Assembly: GCF_016703645.1 (NCBI RefSeq)
Contig: NZ_JADJBR010000009.1
DNA: 64,000 bases
Source: Zoogloea sp.
GTDB lineage: Bacteria > Pseudomonadota > Gammaproteobacteria > Burkholderiales > Rhodocyclaceae
Strand: one strand, 5' to 3'
Shown here: in pieces, positions 47,797-58,345 of the stretch
Numbering within the stretch: position 1 is the stretch's first letter
Layout of the letters: each line of letters begins with the position of its first letter
Program-made: the position numbers and the translations under genes
The notes under the pieces: generated by a model
The model's input: the letters and a program-made list of their open reading frames with translations, nothing else
Told to the model about the DNA's origin: nothing
The model's database searches: none

Positions 47797-49428
47797 TTAC
47801 TGGATGCCCTGGCTGGACAGGTATTCCTCGTAGGTGCCGCGGTAGTCCACGATGTCGCCCGGGCCGCGGATCTCGAGGATGCGGGTGGCGATGGACGACA
47901 CGAAGGCCCGGTCATGGGACACGAAGAACAGGGTGCCGCTGAAGTCGGCAATGCCCGAGTTGAGGGATTCGATGGACTCCATGTCCATGTGGTTGGTCGG
48001 CTCATCCATCAGCAGCACGTTCTTGCGCTGGAGCATGAGCTTGCCGAACAGCATGCGGCCCTGCTCGCCCCCGGAGATCACCTTGACCGACTTCTTCACG
48101 TCGTCGCCCTTGAAGAGCAGACGGCCGAGGGTGCCGCGGATCAGGGTCTCGGCGTCGTCGCCCTCATAGCCGCCTTCACGCACATAGCCGCTGATCCAGT
48201 CGGTCAGGTTCTCGCCACTGGCGAAGTCATCGGCGTGATCCTGGGCGTAGTAGCCGAGCTTGGCCTTCTCGGCCCACTTGACGGTGCCGAACTGGGGAGC
48301 CAGACCATGCAGCCCCGGCCCGACCAGCAGCTTCAGCAGCGTGGTCTTGCCGATGCCGTTCTCACCGATGATGGCGATACGGTCGTTGGCGTCGGCCGTG
48401 AAGGTGAAGTTCTTGATGATCGGGTTGGCCGGATCGTAGCCGAAGGTGAGGTTCTCGATCTCGACGGCCTGGCGGTGCAGCTTTTCCTTCTCGTCGTAGT
48501 CGAAGCGGATCCACGGGTACTGGCGGCTCGAGGGCTTGAACTCCTCGATCTTGATCTTCTCGATCTGCTTGGCGCGGCTGGTGGCCTGGCGGGCCTTGGA
48601 CTTGTTGGCCGAGAAGCGGCGCACGAACTCCTGCAGCTCCTGGACCTTCTCCTTGGCCTTCTGGTTGGCGTTGGACTGACGCTCACGGGCCTGGGTGGAG
48701 GCCTCAATGTAGTCGTCCCAGTTGCCGGGCCACACCTGGATGCGGCCGTAGTCCAGATCCGCCATGTGGGTACACACCTGGTTCAGGAAGTGGCGATCGT
48801 GGGAGATGATGATCATGGTGGAGTTGCGCTCGTTGAGCACATCCTCCAGCCAGCGGATGGTGTTGATGTCCAGGTTGTTGGTGGGTTCGTCCAGCAGCAG
48901 GATGTCCGGATTGGCGAACAGGGCCTGGGCCAGCAGCACGCGCAGCTTCCAGCCCGGCGCCACCTCACGCATCGGGCCATTGTGCTGCTCGGTGGGGATG
49001 CCCACCCCGTGCAGCAACTCACCGGCCCGGGCCTCGGCGGTGTAGCCGTCGTACTCGGCGAAATGGCCTTCCAGTTCGGCGGCCTTCATGTAGTCCTCTT
49101 CGGTGGCCTCCGGGTTGGCATAGATGGCGTCCTTCTGCTGCATGCATTCCCACATCTGGGTATGGCCCTGCATGACCACGTCGAGCACTCGCACATCTTC
49201 ATAGGCAAACTGGTCCTGCTTCAGGAAGGCCATGCGCTCGCCGCTGTCGAGGGCCACGTTGCCGGCCGAGGGCTCCAGCACGCCGGCCAGGATCTTCATG
49301 AAAGTGGACTTGCCGGCCCCGTTGGCACCGATCAGGCCATAGCGATTGCCGTCACCGAACTTGACGGAAACGTTCTCGAAGAGGGGCTTGGCCCCGAACT
49401 GCATGGTGATGTTGTTGGCGATGAGCAC
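47797..49428 (-). CDS. ABC-F family ATPase (YbiT-like)
   Basis: Two NBDs (GANGAGKS; GENGIGKT), [19 protein letters not shown], no TM domain. Confidence 0.92.
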   Translation of the reverse strand: MLIANNITMQFGAKPLFENVSVKFGDGNRYGLIGANGAGKSTFMKILAGVLEPSAGNVALDSGERMAFLKQDQFAYEDVRVLDVVMQGHTQMWECMQQKDAIYANPEATEEDYMKAAELEGHFAEYDGYTAEARAGELLHGVGIPTEQHNGPMREVAPGWKLRVLLAQALFANPDILLLDEPTNNLDINTIRWLEDVLNERNSTMIIISHDRHFLNQVCTHMADLDYGRIQVWPGNWDDYIEASTQARERQSNANQKAKEKVQELQEFVRRFSANKSKARQATSRAKQIEKIKIEEFKPSSRQYPWIRFDYDEKEKLHRQAVEIENLTFGYDPANPIIKNFTFTADANDRIAIIGENGIGKTTLLKLLVGPGLHGLAPQFGTVKWAEKAKLGYYAQDHADDFASGENLTDWISGYVREGGYEGDDAETLIRGTLGRLLFKGDDVKKSVKVISGGEQGRMLFGKLMLQRKNVLLMDEPTNHMDMESIESLNSGIADFSGTLFFVSHDRAFVSSIATRILEIRGPGDIVDYRGTYEEYLSSQGIQ

Positions 49429-49650
49429 GGCACGAATTCCTCAGGTTCCGGCAAGCGGAACGGCAAAGCGGATCAATCATGGAAAACGCCGGCTCATGGC
49501 CGGCGAAGCTGATGCAGAATTTATCATATCTTTCAAGCACCTGGGCAGATTAAACCTGGAAACCCCAGTTAGCCGCCTGCAGCTCCTTGATCAGCCGGAT
49601 GAACAGAGGCCTTGGTGCCATCAAGGTGATTCACCCGATGGGTGACGGTG

Positions 49651-50076
49651 CTAGATCAGGGAAGGCCCCGTGACGATCGCCGCCGCCTCCTTCTCGGAGA
49701 TGCGGATGGTCGCCGTGGCGATCACATGAACCGTCAGCCAGTCGTGCAGTCGGGCAGCCCCCTCGCCCTCGAACGAAAGGAAGCGGCAACCGAACAATCC
49801 GCCCTCCGCCCCGAGCACGAAATTCATGCCTTCGGCCATCCCCCGCACCTCGTCCGGAACGCCGTCAATCTGCAGCACAAACGGAAACGCCCCGCTCCCG
49901 AGGGGCGGCACCCCGGCAGGCAGGCTAAAGCCTTCCAGGGACAGATCGTTCAGCGGGAGACGCTGCCCATTGATGACGATCCAGAAGCAGACACTTCCCC
50001 AACGCTTCGCCACAAAGCGCTGACGCCGCCGCCGCTCCCTGTGATCAGCGCCACCGTTCCCCAGATCTTCAGCCAT
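49651..50076 (-). CDS. PilZ-like domain protein
   Basis: RERRRRQR followed by NDLSLEGF (RxxxR..DxSxxG c-di-GMP motif). Confidence 0.7.
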   Translation of the reverse strand: MAEDLGNGGADHRERRRRQRFVAKRWGSVCFWIVINGQRLPLNDLSLEGFSLPAGVPPLGSGAFPFVLQIDGVPDEVRGMAEGMNFVLGAEGGLFGCRFLSFEGEGAARLHDWLTVHVIATATIRISEKEAAAIVTGPSLI

Positions 50077-50240
50077 TCGCTCTCCTCGATAACGACAAAT
50101 CCGAATATTCTTCCCAGATATACAACAAAAACAAAGAAATCTTCATTCCTGTTACAAACAATTCATCCCCATTGACCCGAAAGTACATTCCCGCGATTCA
50201 ACCAGAATCAGCGCGATGAATTCAACATTAATTTACATTT

Positions 50241-50339
50241 GAGTGTCGGCAAATTTGACACTCCTTAACTGTGACTTTTTTAACAGTTTGCAACTCATTG
50301 ACTTAAAAAGAATATCCCGATTCGGGCACGGGTCTTGCT
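50241..50339 (+). promoter_or_regulatory. Sigma54 promoter with upstream palindromic activator (PrsR-type) site
   Basis: GAGTGTC-N9-GACACTC at 50241-50263; -24/-12 GGGCAC-N5-TTGCT at 50324-50339. Confidence 0.7.
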
Positions 50340-50413
50340 GAATAACCACCAGGCAGCGCCGTCACCACCAAGCTGCCACTGCTTTTCTCAAATTTCTCAC
50401 TGGAGCTTCATTC

Positions 50414-51055
50414 ATGAAAAAGATCCTCGCCGCTGCCGTTCTGGCTGCCCTGTCCGTTGGCTCCGCCAACGCAGCCCTGTCCTTCAGCAACGCCGAGCAG
50501 ACCACCGAGATCAGCCAGACCGGCTTCCTCGACCTGTTCGATTCCAGTCTGGGCACCCTGAACAGCGTGACCCTGACCCTGAACGGCTCGATGACCACGA
50601 CGCTGACGGCACTCCACACCTCTTCCGGCCCCGCTAACGGCAGCATCACCGGCACTGTCGATCTGTACTTTTCCAGCAACCTGGGCGGCCTGGATCTCAG
50701 CGCTGTGACGCTCGGCATGACCGCCACCACCGGCCTCATCCGCAACCTGGACCCGAACACTCCCCTCCCGGTTGGCCCGCTGACCGACGCTGACACCATT
50801 GTCCTGACCCCGACCAGCAGCCTCTTCGCCGCCGCGGGCGGTGGCCAATTCTCCATCACCTGCGAATCGATCAGCGGCATCGGTGCATCTGGCTTCAACG
50901 GCAACGCCCAAGCCAGCCAAAGCACTGCCGCCGGCTGCGGCGCTTCCATCGTCTACGACTACACCCCGACCACCCAGCGCGTGCCCGAACCCGCCTCCAT
51001 GGCGCTGGTTGGCCTCGGCATGATGGATCTGGCTGCCATCCGTCGTCGCAAGTAA
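50414..51055 (+). CDS. PEP-CTERM protein (choice-of-anchor E-like)
   Basis: Signal peptide, LDLFDSSLGTLNSVTLTL, Ser/Thr/Gly-rich body, C-terminal VPEPASMALVGLG..RRRK. Confidence 0.9.
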   Translation: MKKILAAAVLAALSVGSANAALSFSNAEQTTEISQTGFLDLFDSSLGTLNSVTLTLNGSMTTTLTALHTSSGPANGSITGTVDLYFSSNLGGLDLSAVTLGMTATTGLIRNLDPNTPLPVGPLTDADTIVLTPTSSLFAAAGGGQFSITCESISGIGASGFNGNAQASQSTAAGCGASIVYDYTPTTQRVPEPASMALVGLGMMDLAAIRRRK

Positions 51056-51096
51056 TCCTCTTCGTCTCCCGGACTCCGGGAGACATGGAAGGATGG

Positions 51097-51127
51097 AAAA
51101 AAGGCTGCCGCAGGGCAGCCTTTTTTT
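51097..51127 (+). terminator. Rho-independent terminator after the first PEP-CTERM gene
   Basis: AAAAAAGGCTGCC-GCAG-GGCAGCC followed by T7. Confidence 0.9.
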
Positions 51128-51379
51128 GCTTAAGCGCCTTGCAGCGTGACACCCCCGCACCACCGACACTGCATTTTCACCCAAAGCGCAAACCGACGCC
51201 CTTTGTAAGTGATAAATTTCCTCAAAAAGATCAAAATTAACTCAAACGAGAAATACAATACAGGCTTTGGAAATTCAGGCCGTCTAGCCTCCGCAGTGTC
51301 AATCGCTGTTCCAGCGACTCCGGCCGCCTCCCAAGAGGGGTGACCGTGCATCGCATCCGGAGAGGATGCCTTAATCAAG

Positions 51380-52069
51380 ATGAGGTGCTCCGTGATCAAA
51401 CCTGTTCTGACACTGGCCCTGATGGCCGGTATCGCGGCCGGCCCGGCGCACGGGGCGAGCCTGAGCTTCAGCAACGCCGAGTCCCTGACGCCGATCTCCC
51501 AGGATGGGCTGCTCGCGCTGTTCGATACCAATATGGGCATCCTGCAGGGTGTGCGGCTGACCCTGTCCGGCACCGGAAGCAGCAGCTTCACCCTCACCAA
51601 CAACGCGGGCAGCAGCCAGGCTGTCACCGCGTCCTCCCGCATCCCGATGTATTTCAGCAGCTCGCGGCCAGGCATCAGCGCCACCCTTGATGCCCTCGTG
51701 CCCGCGCTGCTGCTCGAAGCATCCACTGGACCGCTACTGCTCGCCCCCGGCGCCACTTCCACCTTCGGCCCCATCATCAGCAACCAGTCTCTGGTACTGG
51801 ACACCCTGGCGCCCAGCCTGTTCTCCCAGTCCGGCGGCGGCAGCTTCTCCCTGTATTGCGAGAACTCCGACGAGAAGAGGCTGGCCGGAGGCAACACCGC
51901 CGTCAGCCTCAGTCTGGTGACCCAGGCCGGTTGTGGCGCCACCGTGGTCTATGACTACACGCCCTATCCGGTATCGGAACCTACCTCCGTGGCACTCATC
52001 GGACTGGGGGTGATAGGACTGCTTGCCAGTCTCCGCCGAACCCGCCGGAGCGCTCGGTCTGCACCCTGA
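51380..52069 (+). CDS. PEP-CTERM-like paralog (variant VSEP sorting motif)
   Basis: Collinear with the previous gene (LSFSNAE..ISQ.G.L.LFD..G.L..V.LTL; AGCGA..VYDYTP); tail VSEPTSVALIGLG..RRTRR. Confidence 0.85.
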   Translation: MRCSVIKPVLTLALMAGIAAGPAHGASLSFSNAESLTPISQDGLLALFDTNMGILQGVRLTLSGTGSSSFTLTNNAGSSQAVTASSRIPMYFSSSRPGISATLDALVPALLLEASTGPLLLAPGATSTFGPIISNQSLVLDTLAPSLFSQSGGGSFSLYCENSDEKRLAGGNTAVSLSLVTQAGCGATVVYDYTPYPVSEPTSVALIGLGVIGLLASLRRTRRSARSAP

Positions 52070-52124
52070 AAAAATGGCCACCTCACGGGTGGCCATCGTC
52101 GGGACGCTTGAGACTGGCGCCGGA

Positions 52125-52245
52125 GAGGGTGTGAAGAAATCGTAGCGAGCGGTTCGAGTTCGCCTCGAGAAGCGCAGCCGTACAAGGGTACGGTGAGCAT
52201 CGCAGGGGCGAAATCGGATCGCGCAGCAGATTTATTCACGCCCTC
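52125..52245. mobile_element. 121-bp MITE-like element
   Basis: 17-bp imperfect terminal inverted repeats GAGGGTGTGAAGAAATC / GATTTATTCACGCCCTC; GGA on both flanks; internal CCGTAC-AAGG-GTACGG hairpin. Confidence 0.65.
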
Positions 52246-52250
52246 GGAGA

Positions 52251-52979
52251 TCATTCCTCGTCCAAGGCCGCAGACGTATACACCGCCTGCACATCGTCCA
52301 GGGACTCCAGCGCATCGAGCAGCTTCTGCATGCGCGTTGCGTCTTCACCGGCGAGCTCGGTCTCGTTGAGGGGCTTCATGGTGACTTCGCCGAATTCCGC
52401 CTTGAAACCGGCCTTCTCGAGGGCCTCCCGCACGTCACCGAACTGGTAGGGGTCGGTCAGCACCTCAATGGAGCCGTCGTCGTTGGTGGCCACATCATCG
52501 GCGCCGGCTTCGAGGGCGGCTTCCATCAGTGCGTCTTCCGAGGTGCCCGGCGCAAACAGCAACTGCCCGCAGTGCTTGAACTGGAAGGCCACGCAGCCAT
52601 CCGTCCCCATGTTGCCGCCGTACTTGTTGAAGGCATGGCGCACATCGGCCACGGTCCGGGTCTTGTTGTCGGTCAGGCAATCCACCATCACCGCAGCGCC
52701 GGCAATGCCATAGCCCTCGTAGCGCGATTCTTCATAGGTCACGCCCTCCAGCTCGCCAGTGCCCTTCTTGACCGCACGGTCGATGTTGTCGGCGGGCATG
52801 TTGACAGCCTTGGCCTTATCCACCGCCAGGCGCAGGCGCGGGTTGAAGGCGGCATCGCCTCCGCCCATGCGGGCAGCCACGGTGATTTCCTTGGCCAGCC
52901 GGGAAAAGACCCGACCGCGCTTCTCGTCCTGCCGGCCCTTGCGGTGCTGGATATTGGCCCACTTGGAATGACCCGCCAT
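52251..52979 (-). CDS. yebC: YebC/PmpR family protein
   Basis: [41 protein letters not shown]. Confidence 0.95.
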   Translation of the reverse strand: MAGHSKWANIQHRKGRQDEKRGRVFSRLAKEITVAARMGGGDAAFNPRLRLAVDKAKAVNMPADNIDRAVKKGTGELEGVTYEESRYEGYGIAGAAVMVDCLTDNKTRTVADVRHAFNKYGGNMGTDGCVAFQFKHCGQLLFAPGTSEDALMEAALEAGADDVATNDDGSIEVLTDPYQFGDVREALEKAGFKAEFGEVTMKPLNETELAGEDATRMQKLLDALESLDDVQAVYTSAALDEE

Positions 52980-53161
52980 GATTCTGTGTCCTTGCTTCGC
53001 GACGTAAAGGCGCGATTTTACCCCGCCGCCTGTTTTTCGCGCAGCTTCAGGACTGAGCCGCGTCAATTTCACCCGGATTCCTGCGGATTTCATGCCCAAG
53101 GCAGATCCTTGCCCGATAATCCGGTTCACCGCTTTTTCGCCCCGTCTGTCAGGAGAGACCC

Positions 53162-54694
53162 ATGATCGCGCCGCTGCTCATCGCCAAGTCCAAGGACAAG
53201 GAAATCCATCTGCTGCCCCAGCTGGCCAACCGCCACGGCCTCATCACCGGCGCCACCGGCACCGGCAAGACCGTCACCCTGCAGAAGATGGCCGAGGCCT
53301 TCGCCAGCATCGGCGTCCCGGTCTTCATGGCCGACGTGAAGGGCGACCTGTCCGGCGCAGGCGCGCCGGGGGTCGAGTCACCCAAGCTCAAAGAGCGCCT
53401 GGCCGCCCTGGGCATCACCGAATTCACCCCCCGGGCCAACACCACCGTGTTCTGGGACGTCTTCGGCGAGGCCGGCCACCCGGTACGGGCCACCGTCTCC
53501 GACATGGGCCCGCTGCTGCTGGCACGCCTGCTCAACCTCAACGACACCCAGGCCGGCGTGCTCCAGCTGGTCTTCAAGATCGCCGACGACCAGGGCCTGC
53601 TGATCATCGACCTGAAGGACCTGCGCGCCACCATCCAGTACGTGGGTGACAACGCCAAGGAGTTCACCACCCAGTACGGCAACATCTCCGCCGCCAGCAT
53701 CGGCGCCATCCAGCGCGGCCTGCTCGGCATCGAAACCCAGGGCGGCGACAAGTTCTTCGGCGAGCCCATGCTCGACATCGCCGACCTGATGCAGACCGAC
53801 GCCGACGGCCGCGGCGTGATCAACATCCTGGCCGCCGACAAGCTCTACAACTCCCCCAAGCTGTACTCCACCTTCCTGCTGTGGATGCTCGCCGAGCTCT
53901 TTGAGCAACTGCCGGAGGTGGGCGACGTGGACAAGCCCAAGCTGGTGTTCTTCTTCGACGAGGCCCACCTGCTCTTCAACGAGGCCCCCAAGGCCCTGCT
54001 CGAGAAGATCGAACAGGTGGTGCGCCTGATCCGCTCCAAGGGCGTCGGCGTGTACTTCGTTACCCAGAACCCGCTGGATGTCCCGGAGACCGTCCTCGGC
54101 CAGCTCGGCAACCGCGTCCAGCACGCCCTGCGCGCCTTCACCCCGCGGGACCAGAAGGCCGTCAAGACCGCCGCCGAGACCATGCGCGCCAACCCCGAGT
54201 TCGACGCCGCCACGGTCATCACCGAACTCGGCGTGGGCGAGGCCCTGATCTCCTTCCTCGACGAAAAGGGCCGCCCCCACATCGTCGAGCGCACCTCAAT
54301 CATCGCCCCGGCCTCCCGCCTCGGGCCCCTCACCCCCAGCGAACGCAAGGCCGCCATCGAAGGCTCGGTGATCTACGGGCACTACGAGGAAGTGGTGGAC
54401 CGGGAATCGGCCTTCGAGAAGCTCCAGGGCGGTGGCGGCACTACGGCGGCGGCTGGCGACAGTCCGGCGCCCCGCGGCGGTCAGGCCGCCCCGGCGGAAG
54501 AGAGCGGCGGCGGCCTGTTCGGCGGCCTCAGCAACATCCTCTTCGGCACCACCGGCCCCCGCGGCGGGCGTCACCCCGGCCTGGCCGAAACCGCGGCCAA
54601 GAGCGTGGCCCGCACCGTCGGCTCCACCATCGGACGGGAGATCGTGCGCGGCGTGCTCGGCTCCATCCTCGGCGGCGGCAGCCGGCGTCGCTGA
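53162..54694 (+). CDS. HerA-like helicase domain ATPase (DUF853/YjgR)
   Basis: [48 protein letters not shown]. Confidence 0.9.
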   Translation: MIAPLLIAKSKDKEIHLLPQLANRHGLITGATGTGKTVTLQKMAEAFASIGVPVFMADVKGDLSGAGAPGVESPKLKERLAALGITEFTPRANTTVFWDVFGEAGHPVRATVSDMGPLLLARLLNLNDTQAGVLQLVFKIADDQGLLIIDLKDLRATIQYVGDNAKEFTTQYGNISAASIGAIQRGLLGIETQGGDKFFGEPMLDIADLMQTDADGRGVINILAADKLYNSPKLYSTFLLWMLAELFEQLPEVGDVDKPKLVFFFDEAHLLFNEAPKALLEKIEQVVRLIRSKGVGVYFVTQNPLDVPETVLGQLGNRVQHALRAFTPRDQKAVKTAAETMRANPEFDAATVITELGVGEALISFLDEKGRPHIVERTSIIAPASRLGPLTPSERKAAIEGSVIYGHYEEVVDRESAFEKLQGGGGTTAAAGDSPAPRGGQAAPAEESGGGLFGGLSNILFGTTGPRGGRHPGLAETAAKSVARTVGSTIGREIVRGVLGSILGGGSRRR

Positions 54695-54698
54695 GCCG

Positions 54699-56057
54699 GT
54701 GTCGGACAGCCGCCCGCCCAAGCCTCCCGCGCCCTTCGCCGTTCCCGGCAGCCGCCTGTCGCGCCTCGCGCGGCTGGGCGGCCTCGCCTCGGGGGTGGCG
54801 GGTGGCATGCTCGCCGAGGGCATGCGCCAGCTCGCCCAGGGCCGCCGACCCAGTGTCAGTGAGCTGCTGCTGACGCCGGCCAACGCCCGTCGGGTCACCG
54901 ACCAGCTCGCACAGCTGCGCGGTGCGGCCATGAAGGTGGGGCAGCTGCTGTCCATGGACGCCGGCGACCTGCTGCCCCCGGAACTCGCCGACATCCTCTC
55001 CCGCCTGCGCGCCGATGCCCGCCCCATGCCCATGAGCCAGCTGGTCACGGTGCTGGAGGCCAACTGGGGGCCGGGCTGGGAAAAACAGTTCAAGCGCTTT
55101 TCCTTCACCCCCATGGCCGCCGCCTCCATCGGCCAGGTGCATGCCGCCGAAGCCGTGGACGGGCGGCCCCTGGCCATCAAGGTGCAATACCCGGGCGTGC
55201 GCCAGAGCATTTCCAGCGATGTGGACAACGTCGCCACCCTGCTGCGCCTGTCAGGGCTGCTGCCATCCACCCTTGATGTGGCGCCCCTGCTCGGTGAGGC
55301 CAAGCGCCAGCTCCACGAAGAAGCCGACTACCTGCGGGAGGGGGAGCAGCTCCAGCGCTTCGGCGCCCTGCTGGCCGACAGCCCGGACTACGCCCTCCCC
55401 GGGGTACTCCAGGGGCTCACCACCCCTGACATCCTGGTCATGGGCTTCGTGGACGGCCTCCCCGTGGAGTCACTGGACGCCGCGCCCCAGGCGGAGCGCG
55501 ACCGGGTGATGGGCCTGCTGTTCTCCCTGCTGTTCCGGGAGATCCTGGAGTTTCACCTGGTCCAGACCGATCCCAATTTCGCCAACTACCGCTACGACAC
55601 CGCCTCCCGGCGCCTGGTGCTGCTGGATTTCGGGGCCACCCGGGCCTACTCCCCCGCCATGGTGGATGCCTACCGGCGCCTGCTGAGTGGCGGCGCCCTG
55701 GGCGACACGACCGGCATGAACGCCGCCGCCAGCGAGATCGGCTACTTCCAGGTCGACATTCGGGAACACCATCGCCGCCTGGTGCTGGACATCTTCACCC
55801 AGGCCTGCGAACCCCTGCGCCACAGCGGCCCCTACGACTTCGGCGCCTCAGACCTGGCCCTGCGCATCCGCGACGTGGGCTTCAAGCTGGGCATGGACCG
55901 GGAGTTCTGGCACACCCCGCCGGCCGATGCCCTGTTCCTGCACCGCAAGATCGGCGGCCTCTACCTGCTGGCGGCGCGGCTCAAGGCCAGGGTGGATATC
56001 CGTGCCCTGTTCCTGCGCCACGCCGTGAAGGCCAGCGCCGTTCTCAAGCACCCTTGA
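54699..56057 (+). CDS. ABC1/UbiB (AarF) family kinase
   Basis: [45 protein letters not shown]; GTG start at 54699 inferred. Confidence 0.88.
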   Translation: MSDSRPPKPPAPFAVPGSRLSRLARLGGLASGVAGGMLAEGMRQLAQGRRPSVSELLLTPANARRVTDQLAQLRGAAMKVGQLLSMDAGDLLPPELADILSRLRADARPMPMSQLVTVLEANWGPGWEKQFKRFSFTPMAAASIGQVHAAEAVDGRPLAIKVQYPGVRQSISSDVDNVATLLRLSGLLPSTLDVAPLLGEAKRQLHEEADYLREGEQLQRFGALLADSPDYALPGVLQGLTTPDILVMGFVDGLPVESLDAAPQAERDRVMGLLFSLLFREILEFHLVQTDPNFANYRYDTASRRLVLLDFGATRAYSPAMVDAYRRLLSGGALGDTTGMNAAASEIGYFQVDIREHHRRLVLDIFTQACEPLRHSGPYDFGASDLALRIRDVGFKLGMDREFWHTPPADALFLHRKIGGLYLLAARLKARVDIRALFLRHAVKASAVLKHP

Positions 56058-56949
56058 GGACGGGGGCTTCCCAATCCTGGTAGTCGTCGGTCTGGCGCAT
56101 GGAGAGGGCGCGCTCCGCCGAGCGCAGGGTGTTCTCGATCAGCATGGTCACCGTCATCGGGCCAACGCCGCCCGGCACCGGGGTGATCCAGCTCGCCTTC
56201 TCTTTCACCCCCTCAAAATCCACGTCGCCGACGATCTTGCCGTCAGGCAAACGGTTGATGCCCACGTCGATGACGATGGCCCCCTGCTTGACCATCTGCG
56301 GCACGATCAGCCCCGGCTTGCCGGCGGCCACGATGAGGATGTCGGCCAGGATGGTGTGCTGGGCCAAGTCGCGGGTCTTGGCGTGGCAGAGCGTCACCGT
56401 CGCCTCCCGCTGCAGCAGCATCAGGGCCATGGGCTTGCCGACGATGTTGCTGGCCCCCACCACCACCACGTTCTGGCCGGCCACGTCGGTGCCGGTGGTG
56501 TCGAGCAGCAGCTGCACGCCGTAGGGGGTGCAGGGCGGGAAGATGGTGTTGCCCACCACCAGCCCGCCCACGTTGTAGAGGTGAAAGCCGTCCACGTCCT
56601 TGTGCACGCTGATGGCCTCCAGCACCTTGCGCCCGTCGATGTGGGGCGGCAGGGGTAGCTGAATCAGGATGCCATGCACGGCCGGGTCGGCGTTGAGGCG
56701 GGCGATGGTGGCGAGGACTTCCGATTCCAGCGTGTCGTCCGGCAGGGCGATGTGGAAGGAACGCACTCCGCACTCCTCGCAGGCCTTCACCTTGTTGCCC
56801 ACATAGACCCGGCTGGCCGGGTTGTCGCCCACCAGGATCACCGCCAGGCCGGGGGTGACGCCCTGGGCCACGAGGGCGCCGACGCGGGTCTTGAAGCCTT
56901 CGCGGAGCTGTTTCGAGAGGGCCTTGCCGTCGATGATGCGGGCAGTCAT
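56044..56949 (-). CDS. folD: Methylene-THF dehydrogenase/cyclohydrolase
   Basis: [44 protein letters not shown]. Confidence 0.95.
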   Translation of the reverse strand: MTARIIDGKALSKQLREGFKTRVGALVAQGVTPGLAVILVGDNPASRVYVGNKVKACEECGVRSFHIALPDDTLESEVLATIARLNADPAVHGILIQLPLPPHIDGRKVLEAISVHKDVDGFHLYNVGGLVVGNTIFPPCTPYGVQLLLDTTGTDVAGQNVVVVGASNIVGKPMALMLLQREATVTLCHAKTRDLAQHTILADILIVAAGKPGLIVPQMVKQGAIVIDVGINRLPDGKIVGDVDFEGVKEKASWITPVPGGVGPMTVTMLIENTLRSAERALSMRQTDDYQDWEAPVLKGA

Positions 56950-57094
56950 GGGTTCACACTCCTGCTTGAAGGAATGAGGCAGCTAGCTGCCCTTGTGGGG
57001 TCGAATTCATCCTGCTTTCCTCGGTTAAAAGTCGTCTGACACTCTGAGCTCGCAATAACACCATCCGCGGCTTTCGGTTGTTTGGCGTGACATT

Positions 57095-57300
57095 GGCCGG
57101 GTCTCGCCCCGGCAGGCGACATCCTTTCTTGTTGCACGACAAGAAAGGATGCAAAGAAGCGTGCCCCGCTGTCACGCCCCCTTCGGGGGTGCCCTTCTTC
57201 CGGGTCCGTCAGGCGGGGTCGCAAACTGCCTGCGGGCTCAAACATGCGGAGCCTTTTCCGCCTGCCGAACCCTCCAGTCGGCGCGCCAGAGGGGACCGGA
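57095..57300. repeat. About 200-bp multi-hairpin intergenic repeat (REPIN/BIME-like)
   Basis: GCCGGG/CCCGGC; perfect 13-bp stem CATCCTTTCTTGT(57120-57132)/ACAAGAAAGGATG(57139-57151); cTTCGg loop; CAGGCGG/CCGCCTG. Confidence 0.55.
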
Positions 57301-57352
57301 AATGCAGGTGATCAACGCCAGGTGCAACTGCGCCGGTCGGGGGTGACTCAGC

Positions 57353-58213
57353 TCATCGGAAGACGACGGTCTTGTTGCCGTGGACCAGCACCCGGTCTTC
57401 CAGGTGGTAGCGCAGGCCCCGGGCCAGCACGGCCTTCTCGATGTCCTTGCCGTAGCGCACCAGATCTTCGGGGGCGTCCGAGTGATCCACACGGATCACG
57501 TCCTGCTCGATGATCGGGCCCTGGTCCAGCTCGCTCGTCACGTAGTGGCAGGTGGCCCCGATCAGCTTCACGCCCCGGGTGTAGGCCTGGTGGTAGGGCT
57601 TGGCCCCGACGAAGCTGGGCAGGAAGCTGTGGTGGATGTTGATGATCTGCCCCGGGTAGTTCTCGCACAGCTCGGGGGACAGGATCTGCATGTAGCGGGC
57701 CAGCACCATCACGTCTCCCTCCGCCTCGCGGAACAGATCCGCCACCTTGGCGTAGGCCGCCGGCTTGTTCTCCGGCGTCACCGGCACGTGGTGGAAGGGG
57801 ATGCCGTGCCACTCCACGAAGCCGCGGAAGGTTTCGTGGTTGGAGATGACGCAGGGGATCTCGATGTTCAGCTCGTCCGCCTGCCAGCGCGCCAGCAGGT
57901 CGTACAGGCAGTGCTCCTGCTTGGACACCAGGATCACCACGCGCTTGCGCGCGCTGTCACTGATGCGCCAGTCCATGTCGAAGCCGGCGGCGATGGGGGC
58001 GAACTTGTCGCGCAGGGCGTCGATGCCGAAGGGCAGGGAGTCGGCGAGGATTTCCTGGCGCATGAAGAAGCGGCCGGCCTCGGCGTCGGCGTGGTTGTTG
58101 GCCTCGGTGATCCAGCCCTTGTGGTGGGCAAGGAAGGCACTGACCGTGGCCACGATGCCGACGCGATCGGGGCAGGACAGGGACAGGGTGTAACGTCGGG
58201 TGGGGGTGCTCAT
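57353..58213 (-). CDS. purU: Formyltetrahydrofolate deformylase
   Basis: ACT domain LSCPDRVGIVA, VLARYMQILS, INIHHSFLPSFVGAKPY, GATCHYVT.ELDQGPII. Confidence 0.95.
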   Translation of the reverse strand: MSTPTRRYTLSLSCPDRVGIVATVSAFLAHHKGWITEANNHADAEAGRFFMRQEILADSLPFGIDALRDKFAPIAAGFDMDWRISDSARKRVVILVSKQEHCLYDLLARWQADELNIEIPCVISNHETFRGFVEWHGIPFHHVPVTPENKPAAYAKVADLFREAEGDVMVLARYMQILSPELCENYPGQIINIHHSFLPSFVGAKPYHQAYTRGVKLIGATCHYVTSELDQGPIIEQDVIRVDHSDAPEDLVRYGKDIEKAVLARGLRYHLEDRVLVHGNKTVVFR

Positions 58214-58345
58214 GCTGTTTTCCTTTTGCTCGGCCTCTGCTGGGCCATTCGTTCATCCGGGGGATGGAAGCGGCACGTAAGAAGGCGACGCCGCAGGGGC
58301 GACTTCGGTCGCCCCTGCAAGCCACCTCTGCGGGGAACGCAGGGC

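Noticed and set aside
50245-50261. GTCGGCAAATTTGAC as a third copy of the 21344/24163 motif
   Set aside because: Only partial similarity; better explained as the core of the larger PrsR-type palindrome
56950-57090. THF or ZTP riboswitch upstream of folD
   Set aside because: I could not find the conserved cores of either riboswitch on the minus strand; an Infernal scan would settle it
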